A stretch of 63,088 nucleotides of DNA, counting the filler, from Nemertoderma westbladi (lineage: Eukaryota; Animalia; Xenacoelomorpha), in the NCBI GenBank assembly GCA_032718475.1. It is 4 parts of 4 records of this genome, joined end to end, with 100 filler letters (N's around TTAATTAATTAA, not from the genome) between each part and the next. Parts side by side here need not be neighbours in the genome. Positions count along the whole stretch, not along the records: positions 54,631 to 63,088 come from JAUCBJ010002443.1; 3 more parts are not named here. One strand, 5' to 3'. Each line of letters begins with the position of its first letter. Position 1 is the first letter of the stretch. Positions 59,344 to 63,088 of this stretch are shown here, piece by piece. The notes under the pieces were generated by a model. The model searched no databases. It was given only the letters and a program-made list of their open reading frames with translations, and was not told the DNA's origin. The position numbers and the translations under genes are program-made.

Positions 59344-62291
59344 ATGAATCTCGTCAACGGAAACCCTTACTCCAATGGACTTCTCTTTGTTGGATTTAAT
59401 CAGGATCAAGGTAGGTCAGACTATACTGTTGTAGGCTGGTAGGCGTAGCCAGTTGCCCAGTCAGCCAGTCGGTCAGTAACTGTTACTGGTACGGTAGTCG
59501 TATTGTCTGATTGTAGGTTGCAGGGTTGAGAAGTTCGAAGGAAGTGCTAAGTCATTGGCCGGCTCCCTGCTACTGCCAACTGCTGTACCGGTACTGTTTC
59601 CCTGTTACTGACTAGCTGATAGGGTTCGACCGGAGCTCCGGCTCCGGCTCCGGCCGGACTTGGCATGTCCGGCTCCGGTCCGGCTCCGGTCAAATTAGGT
59701 GCAGGAGCTCCGGCAAAAAGTATTTGTGCTGCACGATGCATAGCTACATGGATAGGCAAGGCAAACATACAGCCAGACACCAGACGTCCGTCTGCGAACT
59801 GATCAAAGTCTACTGGCAGACTGTACTGCCGACTGTATTACGCGTGGCAGTATGGCCGTAGGCTAAACGCTGTACAGCTGTAGGCCTATTGCTGTAGCAT
59901 TGTCCTGTTGTCTGACTATGTCTTTCGCTGTACAGCTGTAGGCCTATTTCCGTTGAATTGTCCTTTTATCTGAGTCACTGAGTCTGACAGTCTTCCACTT
60001 ACCCAAGACTGCAAGACTGCTAACTTTAATAACCCAATATCCAGTCTTGCAGTCTGCCCGTTAGCTAGTACATCGGCCAGGCTGTCAGGCCGTACCCGAA
60101 TGACCGTATACAGGTATAGGCCTATAGATTAAGATTAAATTATATCAGTAATCAGTAGGCCTATACAGGTATAGGTCTGTCAGTCTGTAGATCTACAGAT
60201 CTATGCTATCCGTTAATTGATTATGTAAAGCAGTAAAGAGCCCCCCCCCCCCCCCCTGCCAGCCTGCTGAGCTATCTGCAAAATTAATTACGGCAAACTC
60301 AAGGCTAAATAACAAACAATGTTGCTCCGGTCCGGCTCCGGCCCCGGCTCCGGCACTTTTAGGTTGCTCCGGTCCGGTACCCGGCTCCGGCAAAAAAAAT
60401 TGCTCCGGTCGAACCCTACTAGCTGAGCCTGATTGCTGTATCATAAGCAGTAGGCTACGGTATCACATCACAAGTTCGCTCTCGGCTGCTCGGTGCCGTT
60501 AATTTACTACTGTCTGACAGTACTGCAACTGCAGTACTACAGTACTACTACTACTAGGCTGCTAGATCGAGCGAGCTCGGACAGTCAGACAGTGGAATGG
60601 AAATGATATCTCCCGAATGAATGTTTATTATTATCATATGAATGTTTCCCGATTCTCCATAGTTGTCGCAATTTCGTTTCTCTCAAGTTCAGTACAGCAG
60701 TATCCCTTTCAAATTGATCTATATATTTCACAGCCGGTCGTCCACGGCTACGGCTTCCTTGTGTTCAGATGTTCCTTTCCGCCTTTACTGCATTGTCAGT
60801 TCTGAGTTTCTCCCAGTCATAGTTTATTTGCTTGCTTGTCCTGGGTTTGCTGGCTCTCAAACTGAGTCTGACCTCTGCCAGTCTGCAGTCACGATTCTGT
60901 GGTGCGAACCAATTAGGTTGAACGATCTGTATGCCTCGCAGTTAATCATGCTGTTTCTCCACATTTTGTTTATAAGGATGTAATCCAGCTGTGCTTTGGT
61001 TCCATTGGGGTATGGAAAGGTCCATAGCTTCCCATTAGGCCTACTCTTTTCGAATGTGGTGTTTGTTGGTTTCAATTCACATTCTTCTATTAGGTCTAAG
61101 AGTAAGCACCCATTTCCGATAATTTAATTAATTGTTAATTCTCAGCTTTTGTTTTGTGTAATTAACTGCTCTTGTATTTGTACAAGCTAGACTTAAATGA
61201 GATGTATGGGGATATCTTGTTCTTCCTGCATGGAGGCTGTAGAGAGGGTATCTTGTGGAATCGCTTTAGGGCATAAAGTGCAATGATAATGCAGTTAGCC
61301 TAATGTAAATGTTGTAAATATTATCTATTATTATTATTGCAGGTTGTTTTGCGTGCGGAATGGAGAACGGATTCCGTGTCTTTAATTGCGACCCACTAAA
61401 AGAGAAGGAGAAGCACGACTTTGGGGAGCCCGGTGGGATCGCTTTTATCGAGATGTTATTCCGTTGCAATTACTTAGCCGTTGTCGGAGGCGGTCCCAAA
61501 CCCAAATACCCTCCCAATAAAGGTTGATTTATATGTGAAACAGTAAAACTAATAATAAAACGATTGGTACCGGTACCACGTGGTGGTACACGTGTCTGTA
61601 GTTGGATTCCTATACACAGCTATACAGACTCACACAAGTACATCTAGCAGGTAGGTACTGTAGTGTAGTGTATGTTAATTACTGCAACTATTTGCGTTTC
61701 AGTTATGATTTGGGATGATTTAAAGAAGCGGCCGGTCACCGAATTGGACTTCACGACTAATGTATTGGGGGTTCGGTTACGTAGAGACCGTATCGTCGTC
61801 GTCTTGGAAACTGTGGTAAAGGTCTACACATTTACCCTCCATCCACAACGACTTCATGTATTCGATACCTGCAGTAACCCAAAAGGTATTTTGTTATTTA
61901 TAACTATTTACATCTTAGTATGAAAATCCATCACTTGTTGCGCTCGCTCGGAACATAAATAAATGGACATAAAAATCCGACAGGCGAGTTAACAGGAGCC
62001 CATTATAGGTTGCTTATTAAACTTGCCCCGGGTTAATGGTATTAAATGTAAATGTTAATCAATTGTATATCAGAGACATTTCTCTATATTTATATATCAT
62101 TGACTACTTGTATCTTTATTCTTTGTGCAGGATTGTGTTGCCTTTGTCCAAACAGCAGTAACTCACTTTTGGCATTCATTGGTCGAAAAACTGGTCACGT
62201 CGAAATAGTCGACCTCGGGAACACTGATAAACCCAGTCTCGATATCGCAGCACACGAGGCGCCATTAAGTTGTATTACATTAAATCTACAG
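59344..62291 (+). CDS. WDR45B: WD repeat domain phosphoinositide-interacting protein 3 (WIPI3), exons 59344-59410, 61343-61522, 61703-61885, 62131-62291; continues beyond the window
   Basis: Spliced [45 protein letters not shown]...[31 protein letters not shown]...[10 protein letters not shown]...[18 protein letters not shown]...AHE..LSCI.LNLQ; GT-AG introns in phase. Confidence 0.95.
59620..60418. mobile_element. hAT-type MITE in WDR45B intron 1
   Basis: 17-bp TIR tagggttcgaccggagc / gctccggtcgaacccta; perfect 8-bp TSD ctagctga; subterminal (gctccg)n. Confidence 0.92.
60590..61118 (-). pseudogene. RTE-clade LINE fragment (endonuclease + 3' end)
   Basis: NTTFEK....[40 protein letters not shown]; 3' end similar to 48420-48560. 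Confidence 0.8.
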
Positions 62292-62296
62292 GTATG

Positions 62297-63088
62297 TGGG
62301 GCGAGCCATGGGAGTGGGAGTTGTAGAAGGGGTGGGCCATGGGAGTGGGAGTGGTGGAAGGGGTGAGCCATGGGAGTGGTGGAGGTGGCGAGCCATGGGA
62401 GTGGGAGTGGTGGAAGGGGCGAGCCATGCGAGTGGAAGTGGTGGAAGGGGCGTGCCATGGGAGTGGGAGTGGTGGACGGGGCGAGTCCTGGAGTGGGTGT
62501 GGTGGAGGGGGCGAGCCATGTGAGTGGGAGTGGTGGAGGGGGCGGGCCTGGGTGGGAGTGGTGGAAGGGGCGAGCCATGAGAGTGGAAGTGGTGAGAAGA
62601 GGGTGAGCCATGGGAGTGGGAAGGGGTGAGCCATGGTAGTGGGAGTGGTGGAAGGGGCGAGCCATGCGAGTGGAAGTGGTGGAAGGGGCGAGCCATGGGA
62701 GTGGGGGACGGGGCGAGTCATGGGAGTGGGTGTGGTGGAGGGGGCGAGTCATGAGAGTGGGAGTGGTGGAGGGGGGGGGGGTGGGTGGGAGTGGTTGGAA
62801 GGGGCGAGCCATGAGAGTGGGAGTTGGGAAAGGGTGAGCCATGGGAGTGGTGGAGGTGGCGAGTCATTGTAGTGGGAGTGGTGGAAGGGGCGAGCCATGC
62901 GAGTGGAAGTGGTGGAAGGGGCGAGCCATGGGAGTGGGGGACGGGGCGAGTCATGGGAGTGGGTGTGGTGGAGGGGGCGAGTCGTGAGAGTGGGAGTGGT
63001 GGAGGGGCCGGCTATTAGAGTGGGAGTGGTTGGAGGGGGGGGGGGGGGGGGGGGGGTGGTGGGGGGGTGGTGAAGAGGCGAGCCATGA
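62297..63088. repeat. G-rich ~31-bp minisatellite (ggggcgagccatgggagtgggagtggtggaa) at the start of WDR45B intron 4
   Basis: Directly visible; it generates the many spurious His/Pro/Gly ORFs. Confidence 0.95.

Noticed and set aside
62195-63018. His/Pro-rich and Gly/Trp-rich ORFs
   Set aside because: Translations of an intronic minisatellite in several frames.

Overview
AT-rich, repeat-dense animal (invertebrate-type) nuclear DNA made of four contigs joined by three artificial 100-nt gaps (N..TTAATTAATTAA..N). Host genes: an intronless CWH43/PGAP2IP-like gene (-), an intronless DPF/requiem/d4 (BAF45) gene (-), a secreted multi-cadherin-repeat gene with 12 exons that splice in phase (+, 3' end missing), and the first four exons of WDR45B/WIPI3 (+). 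Mobile DNA: a near-intact CR1/L2-type LINE ORF2, RTE and CR1 fragments, a deleted Merlin (IS1595-like) transposon, a BEL/Pao integrase with a probable 3' LTR, a decayed Penelope-like element and several MITEs with readable TIRs/TSDs. Main candidate for something new: an unrecognised ~600-aa protein with three CCHC knuckles and a basic tail. It sits just upstream of a polypurine tract and a ~1.35-kb LTR-like unit, in two inverted copies around the cadherin gene, with a third, much more divergent relic at 52-54 kb. This suggests an old LTR-retroelement lineage carrying a conserved accessory gene. Other highlights: a ~96-copy 29-bp array whose unit is the last nine codons plus stop of the DPF gene, and three minimal hammerhead-ribozyme-like motifs, one inside a tRNA-derived Pol III element. 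All calls were made by eye; no searches, alignments or folding programs were run.
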